DNA of 64,000 nucleotides from an uncultured candidatus Brocadiaceae bacterium (lineage in GTDB: Bacteria; Planctomycetota; Brocadiia; SM23-32), in NCBI GenBank assembly GCA_964434535.1, contig CAYSWA010000011.1:744-64743 (forward strand), read 5' to 3'. Positions 37,416 through 48,798 of the stretch are shown here, in pieces (position 1 is the first letter of the stretch; each line of letters opens with the position of its first letter). The position numbers and the translations under genes were made by a program. The notes under the pieces are model-generated. The model was given only the letters and a program-made list of their open reading frames with translations. It had not been told where the DNA came from and searched no databases.

Positions 37416-37789
37416 GGGGGCGAAAGGGTTTCGACCGGGCTCCCGAAGTTGAAGCTGCGTGCCGAGGTTGTCAGGCGGCCTCGTAAAACACCTGGCAACA
37501 CCTCAACATGCCGAACCTACACCGGCATACGCAATGGCCGCGTAAACGCGGCCTCGCCTGCGCCGCGCCCACCTGCGACGCGACGTAAGGTGAAAGAAAG
37601 GCAGGTGTACCCGCCCCGGCGCGGCCCGTCGCAGGCGGGGAACCCGGCAACCCCGGGGACAACGGGCTGGCCGGCGGCGCATCCCGTCAACCGGAGGCCC
37701 GCCGGCGAGACCAAGTAGGTTGACTACGCACGTAGATGCTTCAATGGACGGTCCCAGGGACGCGGGTTCAACTCCCGCCGCCTCCACCA
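37416..37789 (+). ncRNA. ssrA: tmRNA (SsrA), ~374 nt
   Basis: 5' GGGGGCGAAAGGGUUUCGACCGGG, like the tmRNA 5' end. 3' T-arm GCGGGUUCAACUCCCGC, then CGCCUCC-A-CCA. The acceptor stem pairs with a G3:U70 wobble (Ala identity). Candidate tag reading frame 37510-37545 encodes AEPTPAYAMAA followed by UAA. Confidence 0.8.
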
Positions 37790-37892
37790 CTGCCCTCCTC
37801 TCGCCGGCCCGAACGCGCCCGCCGGCAGCGGGGACTGGCGCCGCCGCGCGGCTGTGATCGTCCTGCACAACTGCCGCAGCAGGAGACGACCC

Positions 37893-39329
37893 GTGGATCG
37901 CGCTTACTGCTGGATCGACGGCACGCAGGCCGCAGTCGACGACGCCCCACTGATCCGCGTTGTCAACCCCGCCACCGAGGAGCACCGGGCCGACGTGCCG
38001 GTCGCGCCGCCCGAGCAGGTGGCCGAGGCCGTCGCCAGCGCCCGCCGCGCCCTCACAGCGCCCTCCTGGGCCGACCTCTCCCCCCTTGACCGCGGCCGTC
38101 TGATGGTGAAGTGGGGGGCGCTGATCGCCGAGAACCGCGAGCGCCTGGCCGAGCTGCTCAGTATCGAGCACGGACGCCCCCTGGCCCTCGCAGGCGGCGA
38201 GATCGACGTCACCGCGCAGTACTTCGAGTACTACGGCGGCTACGCCGACAAGCTCGACGGGCGCGTCGTCCCCGTCGAGCCGGCGCTGCGCACCAGCGTC
38301 GTTTATGAGCCGCGCGGCGTGGTCGCCCACATCCTGCCCTGGAACTACCCGGCCGACATCTTCGCGCGCGGGGTCGCGCCCTGCCTGGCCGCGGGCAACA
38401 CCGTCGTCGTCAAGCCCGCCCCCCAGACCACGTTCATCGCGCTTGAACTGGCCAGGCTCGGCGCCGAGGCCGGCATCCCCGGGGGCGTGGTCAACGTCGT
38501 GGTCGGCGACGGCGAGACGACGGGCGCCGCGCTGGCCTCGCACCCGGACGTGGACGCGATCGCGTTCTGCGGTTCGATCCGCGGCGGCAAGGCCGTGCTG
38601 CGCGCGGCGGCCGAGAACCTGACGCCCGTGGTCTCGCTGGAGCTGGGCGGCAAGGCGGCCAGCATCCTGTTGCCGGACGTGGACGTCGGCGCGGCGGCAG
38701 GCAGCCACTGCTGGGGCTTCTGCTACAACACGGCGCAGTCGTGCGGCGCGCAGTCGCGCCTGCTCGTGCCGACCGACCGCGAGCAGGAGGCCATCGACGC
38801 GCTCAAGGCCGGGTTTGCGAACGTGGGCGTGGGCGCCTTCGACGACGAGGGCGCATTCATGGGCCCCCTGATCTCCGAGGCGCAACTCAAGCACGTGCTC
38901 AGCTTCGTCGAGATCGGCATCAGGGAAGGGGCGACGCTCGAGTGCGGCGGCAAGCGCATGGACCGCCGGGGCTGGTTCATGGAGCCGACGCTGTTCAGCG
39001 GCGTCGAGCCGGGCATGACGCTGGCCGAGGAGGAGGTCTTCGGGCCGGTCCTGAGCCTGATGACCTACCAGGACGTCGAGGACGCGGTCCGGATCGCCAA
39101 CAGCACGAAGTACGGGCTCAGCGCCGATCTGCGGACCAACGACATCAAGCTCGCGCACCGGGTGAGCCGCACGCTGGACGTGAGCTACGTGTCGATCAAC
39201 GGGGGCGGCAACTTCGGCCTGGAGACGCCCTTCGGCGGCGTGAAGCAGAGTGGGTTCGGGCGCGAGGGCGGCCTGGAGGGGCTGAGGCAGTACGCGCGCG
39301 TGAAGTCGATCGTCGTGCGCGTGGAGTAG
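37893..39329 (+). CDS. NAD(P)-dependent aldehyde dehydrogenase
   Basis: Start GTG 37893 after AGGAGA; the listed ATG 37854 is the alternative. ALDH motifs ELGGKAA, FCYNTAQSCGAQSRL (catalytic Cys), EEVFGPV. Confidence 0.88.
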   Translation: MDRAYCWIDGTQAAVDDAPLIRVVNPATEEHRADVPVAPPEQVAEAVASARRALTAPSWADLSPLDRGRLMVKWGALIAENRERLAELLSIEHGRPLALAGGEIDVTAQYFEYYGGYADKLDGRVVPVEPALRTSVVYEPRGVVAHILPWNYPADIFARGVAPCLAAGNTVVVKPAPQTTFIALELARLGAEAGIPGGVVNVVVGDGETTGAALASHPDVDAIAFCGSIRGGKAVLRAAAENLTPVVSLELGGKAASILLPDVDVGAAAGSHCWGFCYNTAQSCGAQSRLLVPTDREQEAIDALKAGFANVGVGAFDDEGAFMGPLISEAQLKHVLSFVEIGIREGATLECGGKRMDRRGWFMEPTLFSGVEPGMTLAEEEVFGPVLSLMTYQDVEDAVRIANSTKYGLSADLRTNDIKLAHRVSRTLDVSYVSINGGGNFGLETPFGGVKQSGFGREGGLEGLRQYARVKSIVVRVE

Positions 39330-39802
39330 GCGGTCGCCGCAATGAGAAGCGGAGCCGGGGCCGATGAGCGAGAACTGGGAAGCGCCCACGCAATGATGCC
39401 CTGGCTGGAGGGCGATGCGCCGGCCGCTGGACCAGGCCGGGCGCGCCGCCCGTCCCTCGCGCGCGGCCGGGTATGGAACGGGAGCCGCCGGTAAGCTGCG
39501 CGGCGGCTCCCGCGAGGCGGCGTGCATCTTCTGCGGTGCTGCGCGTTGCCGTGGTCCGCTCGACTTTGCCTTGGCAAGGCCCGGTTGTGCGCGGAGTTAG
39601 CTGCCCGGGCTTGCCTCAGCCTGCTCGGCGACGCCTCACCGCCTCTACCTGCAGTCTACCCCAGGTCCGCCCTTTCGGCCACCCGGCTCTCAACGTGCAC
39701 GCGCCCCCTGTGCCAGGCCTGCCCGGTCAGCCCGGATCGAGCGGGCCCCATTGCGCAACGAACCGAATCCTGGAGGGCGCCGTTCTCGGCCCGCCGCGCC
39801 GC

Positions 39803-41965
39803 TCAAGCGGTCACGCCGAAGCGGGCCCTGAGCAGGTCGTCGTCACGCGAGGACGGGCCGACCATCACCTCGAACTCGCCCGGCTCCACCACCCGCTCCA
39901 GCGACGGCCTCACCAGCGAGAGCCGCTCGTAGGGCACCTCCAGGCGGACCGTGCGCCGCTCGCCGGGCTCCAGCTCGACGCGGGCGAAAGCCTTCAGCTC
40001 CTTCAGCGGCGTGGTCACCGAGCTGACCAGGTCGTTCACGTAGAGCTGGACGATCTCGGCGCCGGCCCGCTCGCCGGTGTTCTGCACGTCGACCTCGGCC
40101 ACGAGCGGCTCCCCCGGACCGAGGCGGTCCGCGGCGAGGCGCAGCTCGCAGTACTGATAGCTGGTGTAGCTGAGCCCGTGGCCGAACGGGAAGAGGGGGC
40201 AGGCGCGCATGTCGGCGTACTTGTTGGTGTGCCAGCCGGGCACCTGGTTGTAGTAGACCGGCTGCTGTGCGACGTGGCGCGGCCAGGAGACGGTGAGCTT
40301 GCCGCTCGGATTGCGGTCGCCGAACAGGAGGGCGGCCACGGCGCGGCCGCCCTCCATGCCGGGGTTGAAGGCGGCGATGATCGAGCTCACGTGCTCGGCC
40401 GCCCAGGGGATCGTGAGCGGCTTGCCGTGGATCAGCACCAGCACCAGCGGCGTGCCGGCGGCGTGGACGGCCTCCAGCAGCCGCTGCTGGGCGCCGGTCA
40501 GGTCCAGCGTGGCCCGGTCGCGGTGCTCGCCGTTGAGCGAGGTATCGTCGCCGAGGACGCAGACGACCACGTCGGCGCGGCGGGCGGCCTCGACGGCGGC
40601 GTCGATCTCCTCGTCGTCGCCGTCGCGCACGTCGCAGCCGCGCACGTATTCCACCTCGCCGCCGGCACGCTCGCGGATGCCGTCCAGCACGGTGGAGACC
40701 GCCTCGCGGGGGTGCTCACCGGGCGCCGAATCGGTGGTGCCCTTCGACCAGTCGCCGAGCTGGGCGTGGGTGTGGTCCGCGTTCGGGCCGATCACGGCGA
40801 TCGTTCCCGCGTCCTCGGGCAGGGGCAGCAGGCCGGAGCGGTTCTTCAGCAGCACGATGGAGGCGCAGGCCGCCTTTAGCGCGTGCGCCCGGTGCTCGGC
40901 GCAGCCGACGACCTTTGCGGCCCGCTCCATGTCTGCGGACGGCTCCCGCTCGAACAGGCCGATGCGCAGCTTCATGCGCAGCACGCGGCGGCAGGCGCGG
41001 TCGATCTGCTCCTCGGGGATGCGGCCCGCGCGCGCCGCCCTCAGGGCGGCCTCGTAGAAGGCCGGGTTGCCCATCATCATGTCGTTGCCGGCTTCGAGGG
41101 CCACGGCGGCGGCCTCCTCCAGCGTCGAGCAGACGTGCTGGGCGTTGATCATGTGGCCGCAGTTGTCCCAGTCGGTCACCACGAAACCGTCGAAGCCCCA
41201 CTCCTCGCGCAGCACCTCGGTCATCAGCCAGCGGTTGGCGGTGCAGGGCACGCCGTCGATGGCCTGGTAGGCGGTCATGTAGGTGTCGCAGCCGGCCTCG
41301 CAGGCGGCCCGGAACGGGGGCAGGAAGGTGCTCAGCAGCAGCCGGCGGGTGATGTCCGCCTCGGCGGCGTCGCGCCCGCCGCGCGTCGCGCAGTAGCCGG
41401 CGTAGTGTTTGGCGCAGGCGCGGATGCGCTCGGGGTCGGCCGGCTCGTCGCCCTGGTAGCCGCGCACCAGCGCGGCGGCGAGCACACCGATCAGGTAGGG
41501 GTCCTCGCCGAAGGTCTCGTCCACCCTCCCCCACCGCAGGTCGCGCACGGTGCCGCAGACCGGGGAGAACGTCCAGTGGCAGCCGGTCAGGGCGGCCTCC
41601 AGCGCGGTGATGCGGCCGACCTCCTCGACCAGGTCGGGCTCCCACGAGTTGGAGAGCGCGAGCTGGGTGGGGAAGACGGTGGCGCCGGGCCAGAAGGCGT
41701 GCCCGTGGATGGCGTCGATGCCGAAGATGATGGGGATGCCGAGCCGGCCCTCCAGGGCCACCTTCTGCATCTCGATCGTCGGCTCGCCGATGGCGAACAG
41801 GACCGAGCCGAGGTGCTGTTCGCGGACGACGCCGGCGTTGACGTCGCGGACGTGGAGCTGCGTGAGCTGGCCGATCTTCTCTTCGAGCGTCATGCGGCCC
41901 AGCAGGTCCTCGGCGCGCTCGTCTACCGGCAGGTCGGGGTTGCGGTACGGGGCCTCGTCGGTCAT
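39803..41965 (-). CDS. Glycoside hydrolase family 3 beta-glucosidase (BglX-like)
   Basis: 720 aa; GH3 N-terminal TIM barrel (GFVVTDWDN nucleophile region) and C-terminal alpha/beta sandwich plus FnIII-like domain. Confidence 0.9.
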   Translation of the reverse strand: MTDEAPYRNPDLPVDERAEDLLGRMTLEEKIGQLTQLHVRDVNAGVVREQHLGSVLFAIGEPTIEMQKVALEGRLGIPIIFGIDAIHGHAFWPGATVFPTQLALSNSWEPDLVEEVGRITALEAALTGCHWTFSPVCGTVRDLRWGRVDETFGEDPYLIGVLAAALVRGYQGDEPADPERIRACAKHYAGYCATRGGRDAAEADITRRLLLSTFLPPFRAACEAGCDTYMTAYQAIDGVPCTANRWLMTEVLREEWGFDGFVVTDWDNCGHMINAQHVCSTLEEAAAVALEAGNDMMMGNPAFYEAALRAARAGRIPEEQIDRACRRVLRMKLRIGLFEREPSADMERAAKVVGCAEHRAHALKAACASIVLLKNRSGLLPLPEDAGTIAVIGPNADHTHAQLGDWSKGTTDSAPGEHPREAVSTVLDGIRERAGGEVEYVRGCDVRDGDDEEIDAAVEAARRADVVVCVLGDDTSLNGEHRDRATLDLTGAQQRLLEAVHAAGTPLVLVLIHGKPLTIPWAAEHVSSIIAAFNPGMEGGRAVAALLFGDRNPSGKLTVSWPRHVAQQPVYYNQVPGWHTNKYADMRACPLFPFGHGLSYTSYQYCELRLAADRLGPGEPLVAEVDVQNTGERAGAEIVQLYVNDLVSSVTTPLKELKAFARVELEPGERRTVRLEVPYERLSLVRPSLERVVEPGEFEVMVGPSSRDDDLLRARFGVTA

Positions 41966-42023
41966 GTGCTGGCTCTCCGGCTATTCACTGGCGCGACGGG
42001 AGCGGGGAGACGGGCCAGCATAG

Positions 42024-43541
<1,518 letters not shown>

Positions 43542-43551
43542 GCCGCCGCCC

Positions 43552-45219
43552 CTACGGCAGGTCGCGGCGGGCCTCGCGCACGATGCGCCGCAGGGCGCCG
43601 TAGTCGCGCGTCACCAGGACCCGCTTCACCCGCTCGGTGAACTCGTAGGGGTCCTCGCCGAGCATCTGCGCCACCAGCAGCGTGTAGTCCTGCACGTTGC
43701 TCAGGCCCAGCTCGTCCCACGCGCGCCGGCTGAAGGACTCGAACTCCTCCCGGACGTCGTCGAACGTGACCTCCTCGGCGGGCCGGCCCATCAGGGGGTA
43801 GGAGAACGGGAACGGCGGCCAGTAGCGCAGCGGGATGATGAACTTCACCGGGTAGTCCATCAGCTCCTCGACGTAGGCGGGGTCGAGGCGGATGCCGAAC
43901 TGCTCGGGCCGCGTGCCCCAGTCCGAGCTGGGATAGACGCCCGCCGGCTGGATCAGCACCGAATCCAGCAGCGGCGCGATCTGCTCCAGGCGCTCAAGCG
44001 TGGTGCGGCGCGAGCGCTCGGTCTCGCCCGGCAGCGGGTAGATCAGGCTCGCGACCACGAAGAGCCCGACGCGATGGGCCGCCTGGAGGGTGGCGCGGAT
44101 GTCCGCGAAGCGGATGCCCTTGCGGATACGCTCCAGGCCCTCGTCGTCGAGCGTCTCCAGCCCGTAGAACAGGGCCTCGAAGCCGGCCTTGTGCAGCAGG
44201 CCGAAGTCCTCCTGGCGGTTCTGGTCGATGCGCGAGAAGGCCGTCAGGCTCACCTCGCCCCGCCCCAGGCCGGCCCGGACCAGCCCGCGGGCGAAGTCGG
44301 TGAGCATCCGGGGCGGCGGCGTGGAATCGGCGACGCGGAAGTGGCGTATCCCCTCCCTGCGCAGCGACCTGACCTCGGCGACGGCCATCTGCACCGGCTT
44401 GCGGCGCACCACGTGCCCATAGCTGGCCGGGCGGGGGCAGAAGGTGCACCGGTTCGGGCAGGCCTGGTTCGAGAGCGCCACGTGCATCAGCGGGATGAGT
44501 CCCTCCATGCCCCGGTATACCTCGGGGCTGTAGTCGGGCGGCGGCAGGTCGGCCACCTCGGTGACGGTCCGCGCGTTGGTGGCCACGCGGCCGGCCTCGT
44601 CGCGGTAGGCCACGTCGGGCAGGCTGCGGAAGGGCTGGCCGCGCACCAGGCGCCGCACGCTCTCGTAACCGAGCCCAAGGACGATGCCGTCGAGCTGCGG
44701 ATGCAGGCGCAGCACGTGCTGCTGGAACCAGTCCACGCGCTGGCCCGCGCCGTAGATCGGCACCTCGGACGCCTGCTTGACGCGGGCGGCGAGGGCCATC
44801 GACTCCCGGAAGCCCCCCTGCCAGAGGTTCAGCAGCACGGCATCGAAGCCGCCCTCGGCGATGCGGTCCGCCTCGCGGCGCATGAAGCTGCGGTAGGCGG
44901 CCTCGACGTCCCGCTCCATGCTGGCGGAAGTCCACTTCAGCGCCAGGCCGAGGGCTGCTTTGTCGAAGCGGCTGAGGGGCTCGTCGCGGGCGAGCTTGGG
45001 CAAGAGGCGCTTGCCGGCGGCTGCGGCGATCAGGCGCTTGTAGCCCGGCGGGGCGAGCCGCCCGAGCGTCTGCACGTTGCCGCGGTCCCAGACCTCGACC
45101 TCGTGTCCCTCGCGGCGAATGACGGCCGCCATCTGGGCAAGGCGCTCGTTGGGGAAGAGGTGGGAGAGGTCGTCCACCTCGCCCGAGAAGTTGTAGATCA
45201 GGTAGCGTCCCATAGGCAT
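43552..45219 (-). CDS. B12-binding domain radical SAM protein
   Basis: 555 aa; N-terminal cobalamin-binding-like domain, radical SAM CPNRCTFC (CxxxCxxC). No C-terminal SPASM cysteine clusters. Confidence 0.85.
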   Translation of the reverse strand: MPMGRYLIYNFSGEVDDLSHLFPNERLAQMAAVIRREGHEVEVWDRGNVQTLGRLAPPGYKRLIAAAAGKRLLPKLARDEPLSRFDKAALGLALKWTSASMERDVEAAYRSFMRREADRIAEGGFDAVLLNLWQGGFRESMALAARVKQASEVPIYGAGQRVDWFQQHVLRLHPQLDGIVLGLGYESVRRLVRGQPFRSLPDVAYRDEAGRVATNARTVTEVADLPPPDYSPEVYRGMEGLIPLMHVALSNQACPNRCTFCPRPASYGHVVRRKPVQMAVAEVRSLRREGIRHFRVADSTPPPRMLTDFARGLVRAGLGRGEVSLTAFSRIDQNRQEDFGLLHKAGFEALFYGLETLDDEGLERIRKGIRFADIRATLQAAHRVGLFVVASLIYPLPGETERSRRTTLERLEQIAPLLDSVLIQPAGVYPSSDWGTRPEQFGIRLDPAYVEELMDYPVKFIIPLRYWPPFPFSYPLMGRPAEEVTFDDVREEFESFSRRAWDELGLSNVQDYTLLVAQMLGEDPYEFTERVKRVLVTRDYGALRRIVREARRDLP

Positions 45220-45360
45220 CGCGTCCTGTCGCGCCCCTCATGCACATTCCATCCTACCTGAGCGGCCACGCCGCCCGCAACGCCTGCGCCGGCCGTGACA
45301 CGGCCCCGCGCTCACGCTATGATGGGCGGACCGTTCGCATCTGAGCCAGGGAGGCCCCCC

Positions 45361-46872
45361 ATGCCATCGCATAGGCCCAACTTCCTCATCATCACCAGCG
45401 ACCAGCAGCACTGGAGCACGCTGGGCTGCCTGAACCCCGAGGTCAGGACGCCGAACCTGGACCGCCTGGCCGAGCAAGGAATGCTCTGCACGCGCGCCTA
45501 CACGGTGAACCCCACCTGCACGCCGACCCGCGCCTCGCTGATCACCGGCAGGTACCCGAGCCAGCACGGCGCCTGGTCGCTCGGCACCAAGCTGCTCGAG
45601 TCCGAGCCGACCCTCGGCCAGCAGCTCACCGCCGGCGGCTACCGCACCGCCCTGGTGGGCAAGGCGCACTTCCAGCCCCTGCACGGCACCGATGAGTTCC
45701 CCTCGTTGGAGGCCTACCCCGCCCTGCAGGACCTGGAGTTCTGGCGCGACTTCCACGGTCCGTTCTACGGCTTCGAGCACGTCGAGCTCGCCCGCAACCA
45801 CACCGCCGAGGCCCACGTCGGCCAGCACTACGCGATCTGGATGGAGGAGAACGGCCTGGAGAACTGGCGGGACTACTTCCGCCCGCCCACGGGCAACAAC
45901 GACGGCCAGCGCCGCAAGTGGCTCATCCCCGAGGAGTTCCACTACGACCGCTGGATCGCCGAGCGCACCTGCGCGCTGATGGAGGCCTACGCCGGGGCCG
46001 ACGAGAGCTTCCTGCTCTGGGCCAGCTTCTTCGACCCCCACCCGGCCTACCTCGTGCCCGAGCCGTGGGACGCGATGTACGACCCCGACGAGCTGACCGT
46101 GCCCCGGCTCGTGCCCGGCGAGCACGACGCCAACCCGCCGCACTTCCGCCTCACCCAGGAGCCCGCCCCCGACTTCTCGCCCTGGCGCCAGAGCGGGCAG
46201 GCGCTCCACGGCTTCCACTCCCACCTGCACGAGGAGCGTGACCTCGCCCGCGACATCGCCGTCTACTACGGCATGATCAGCCTGATGGACAAGTACATCG
46301 GCGTCATCCTGGACAGGCTCGAGGCGCTCGGACTCGCCGAGGACACGGTCGCCATCTTCACCACCGATCACGGACACCTCTACGGGCAGCACGGCCTGAT
46401 CGCGAAGGGCGCGTTCCACTATGAGGACCTGATCCGGCTCCCCTTCATCGCCCGCTGGCCCGGCCGCGTCCCGGCGGCCGCGCGCTCGCAGGCGCTGCTC
46501 TCGCTGGTGGACCTGCCGCCGACGCTGCTGCGGATGGCCGGGCTGGAAGTCCCGCGCTGGATGACCGGCCTCGACCAGGGCGACGTGCTGACGGGGCGCT
46601 GCGAGGCCGTCCGGGACCACGTCGTCGTCGAGAACCGCCACGAGCCGACCACCATCCACGTGAAGACCTACGTGGACGAGCGCTACAAGCTGACCGTCTA
46701 CTACAACCGGGACTACGGCGAGCTGTTCGACCTGAAGGACGACCCCGGCGAGGTGCGCAATCTGTGGGGCCGGCCCGAGTGCCGGGAGCTGAGAAGCGAG
46801 CTGATCCGCCGGCTCCTGTTCGCCGAGATGGGCAAGGAGCCGCTGCCCACGCCCCGCACGGCGGGGGCCTGA
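45361..46872 (+). CDS. Cys-type sulfatase (arylsulfatase family)
   Basis: Start ATG 45361 (MPSHRPNFLIITSDQ) after GGGAGG. CTPTRASLITG formylglycine motif. The listed ORF from 45295 is a short upstream extension. Confidence 0.88.
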   Translation: MPSHRPNFLIITSDQQHWSTLGCLNPEVRTPNLDRLAEQGMLCTRAYTVNPTCTPTRASLITGRYPSQHGAWSLGTKLLESEPTLGQQLTAGGYRTALVGKAHFQPLHGTDEFPSLEAYPALQDLEFWRDFHGPFYGFEHVELARNHTAEAHVGQHYAIWMEENGLENWRDYFRPPTGNNDGQRRKWLIPEEFHYDRWIAERTCALMEAYAGADESFLLWASFFDPHPAYLVPEPWDAMYDPDELTVPRLVPGEHDANPPHFRLTQEPAPDFSPWRQSGQALHGFHSHLHEERDLARDIAVYYGMISLMDKYIGVILDRLEALGLAEDTVAIFTTDHGHLYGQHGLIAKGAFHYEDLIRLPFIARWPGRVPAAARSQALLSLVDLPPTLLRMAGLEVPRWMTGLDQGDVLTGRCEAVRDHVVVENRHEPTTIHVKTYVDERYKLTVYYNRDYGELFDLKDDPGEVRNLWGRPECRELRSELIRRLLFAEMGKEPLPTPRTAGA

Positions 46873-46876
46873 AGCC

Positions 46877-48073
46877 ATGCGCATCGCGCGCCACCACCTG
46901 CCGCCGAAGCCCGTCACGAGGGGGCCGCGCCACCACTTCTTCGGCTACTATGACAAGACGCCCTGGGACGCGACGGGCCGCTACCTGCTCGGGCTGGAGG
47001 CCGGCTTCGCCGAGCGGCCGCCCGGGCCGGCCGACGCGGCCACCATCGGCCTGATCGACACCGCCGAGGGGTTCGCCTGGCGGCCGCTCGCCCAGACGCG
47101 GGCCTGGAACTGGCAGCAGGGCTGCATGCTCCAGTGGCATCCGGGCGAGCCGGACCGACTGGTCATCTACAACGCCCGCCAGGGCGAGCGGCCCGTCGGC
47201 GTGGTCATGGACGCCTTCACGCGCAAGGATCGGCTCCTGCCGCTGCCCGTCTATGCGGTCAGCCCGAGGGGCGACGTGGCGATCTCCCTCAGCTTCGCCC
47301 GCCTGGCCGACGTGCGGCCCGGCTACGGCTACTACGGCCTGGACGATCCCTGGGGCGACGAAGCGGCCCCCGCCCACGACGGCCTCCACCACGTGGACCT
47401 GGAGACCGGCGAGGCGCGGCTGGCCCTCACCCTGGCCGAGCTGGCCGCCTTCCGGCCCCTGCCGACCATGGAAGGCGCGAAGCACTGGGTGAACCACGTG
47501 CAGTTCAGCACCGACGGCTCGCGCATCGGCATGCTGCACCGCTGGCGCGGCCCCGCCGCCGGGCGGGGGTGGCAGACCCGCCTGCTGACGGCCGCGCCGG
47601 ACGGCTCGGAGCTGCGCTGCCTCTCCGACCACGGGAAGGTCTCGCACTACGACTGGCGCGACCCGGAGCACGTGCTGGCCTGGGCGAGACGCGAGGGACG
47701 GGGCGAGGGCTACTTTCTGTTCGCCGATGCCGAAGGCGCCGAGCCTGAACCGGTCGGTCAGGACGTGCTGACCGGCGACGGCCACTGCTCCTACTGCCCT
47801 GACCGCCGCTGGATCCTGACCGACGCCTGTCCCGACGAGAGCCGCCGGCGCACGCTCATCCTGTTCAACGCGCAGTGGGGCTGGCGTGTGGACGTGGGCC
47901 GGTTCCGTTCGCCGCCCGAGCTGGCCGGCGAGGTCCGCTGCGACCTGCACCCGCGCTGGAGCCGGGACGGGCGGCGGGTCTGCTTCGATTCGGCGCACGA
48001 GGGCAGCCGGCAGCTCTACGTGATGGACGTCTCGGAGCTGGTCGCCCCCTGGCCCACCTGGCGCCCGCCGTGA
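46877..48073 (+). CDS. Oligogalacturonate-lyase-family (PL22-like) TolB-type beta-propeller protein
   Basis: 398 aa; HHFFGYYDKTPWDATGRYLL N-terminus. Repeated propeller blades end in WSRDGRRVCFDSAHEGSRQLYVMDV, resembling Ogl family termini. Confidence 0.6.
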   Translation: MRIARHHLPPKPVTRGPRHHFFGYYDKTPWDATGRYLLGLEAGFAERPPGPADAATIGLIDTAEGFAWRPLAQTRAWNWQQGCMLQWHPGEPDRLVIYNARQGERPVGVVMDAFTRKDRLLPLPVYAVSPRGDVAISLSFARLADVRPGYGYYGLDDPWGDEAAPAHDGLHHVDLETGEARLALTLAELAAFRPLPTMEGAKHWVNHVQFSTDGSRIGMLHRWRGPAAGRGWQTRLLTAAPDGSELRCLSDHGKVSHYDWRDPEHVLAWARREGRGEGYFLFADAEGAEPEPVGQDVLTGDGHCSYCPDRRWILTDACPDESRRRTLILFNAQWGWRVDVGRFRSPPELAGEVRCDLHPRWSRDGRRVCFDSAHEGSRQLYVMDVSELVAPWPTWRPP

Positions 48074-48100
48074 GCTCGGCGGCCGTGCTTGCCCCCACCC

Positions 48101-48778
48101 TCAATCGGTCTCGGCGATGTAACGCTCGGCGTAGTGGCGCACAATCTCGCCCTCGACCATGTAGATGACGTCTTGGGCGATGTTGGTGGCGTGGTCGGCG
48201 ATGCGCTCGAGGTGGCGCGAGACCGAGAGGAGGTGGATCAGTGCCTCCAGCCGCTCGGGCTGGCGGCGGATGCCGTCCTGCACCTGGAGGTACATCCGCC
48301 GGTTCATGGCGTCGACCTCGTCATCGGCGGCGCAGACCTCGCGGGCGAGTCCGGCGTCGAGGTTCACCAGCGCGTCGAGGCTTGTCTTGACCATGTCGCG
48401 GGCCTTCTCGGCCATGCCGGCGAAGTCGAAGGCCGTCTCGACCGGTTCGTGGGTGGCCAGGTACTGGGCGCGCTCGGCCACGTTGACGGCGAGGTCGCCG
48501 ATGCGCTCCAGGTCGTTGTTGATCTTGAAGGCGGCCACGATAAAGCGCAGGTCGATGGCGACCGGCTGATAGAGGGCGAGGATCTTCAGGCATTCCTCCT
48601 CCAGGTCGACCTCGGCGATGTCGATCTCGGGGTCGGCCTCGATGACCTCCTCGGCGAGCCGCTCGTCGCGGTCCTCCAGCGCGCGGACGGCCTTGCGCAC
48701 GCTTTCCTCGACCAGGGCGCTCAGCGACAGTATCTGGCGCTTCAGGTCCTCCAGCGCCTTGTGCAGGTGTTCGGACAT
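48101..48778 (-). CDS. phoU: Phosphate signalling complex protein PhoU
   Basis: 225 aa; two PhoU repeats (DxxxD motifs DLAVNVAERA / ERIADHATNIAQ). Confidence 0.9.
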   Translation of the reverse strand: MSEHLHKALEDLKRQILSLSALVEESVRKAVRALEDRDERLAEEVIEADPEIDIAEVDLEEECLKILALYQPVAIDLRFIVAAFKINNDLERIGDLAVNVAERAQYLATHEPVETAFDFAGMAEKARDMVKTSLDALVNLDAGLAREVCAADDEVDAMNRRMYLQVQDGIRRQPERLEALIHLLSVSRHLERIADHATNIAQDVIYMVEGEIVRHYAERYIAETD

Positions 48779-48798
48779 CTGCCTGTTCCCTCCCGCGC

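Noticed and set aside
37503-39527. 674-aa minus-strand ORF and 37407..37718 plus ORF
   Set aside because: Overlap the tmRNA gene and the aldehyde dehydrogenase on the opposite strand; Arg/Ala-rich artifacts.
43552-45219. Interpreting the radical SAM protein as an anaerobic sulfatase-maturating enzyme
   Set aside because: It has a B12-binding N-domain and a single CxxxCxxC. No C-terminal SPASM auxiliary-cluster cysteines are visible. Only noted as a possibility in findings.
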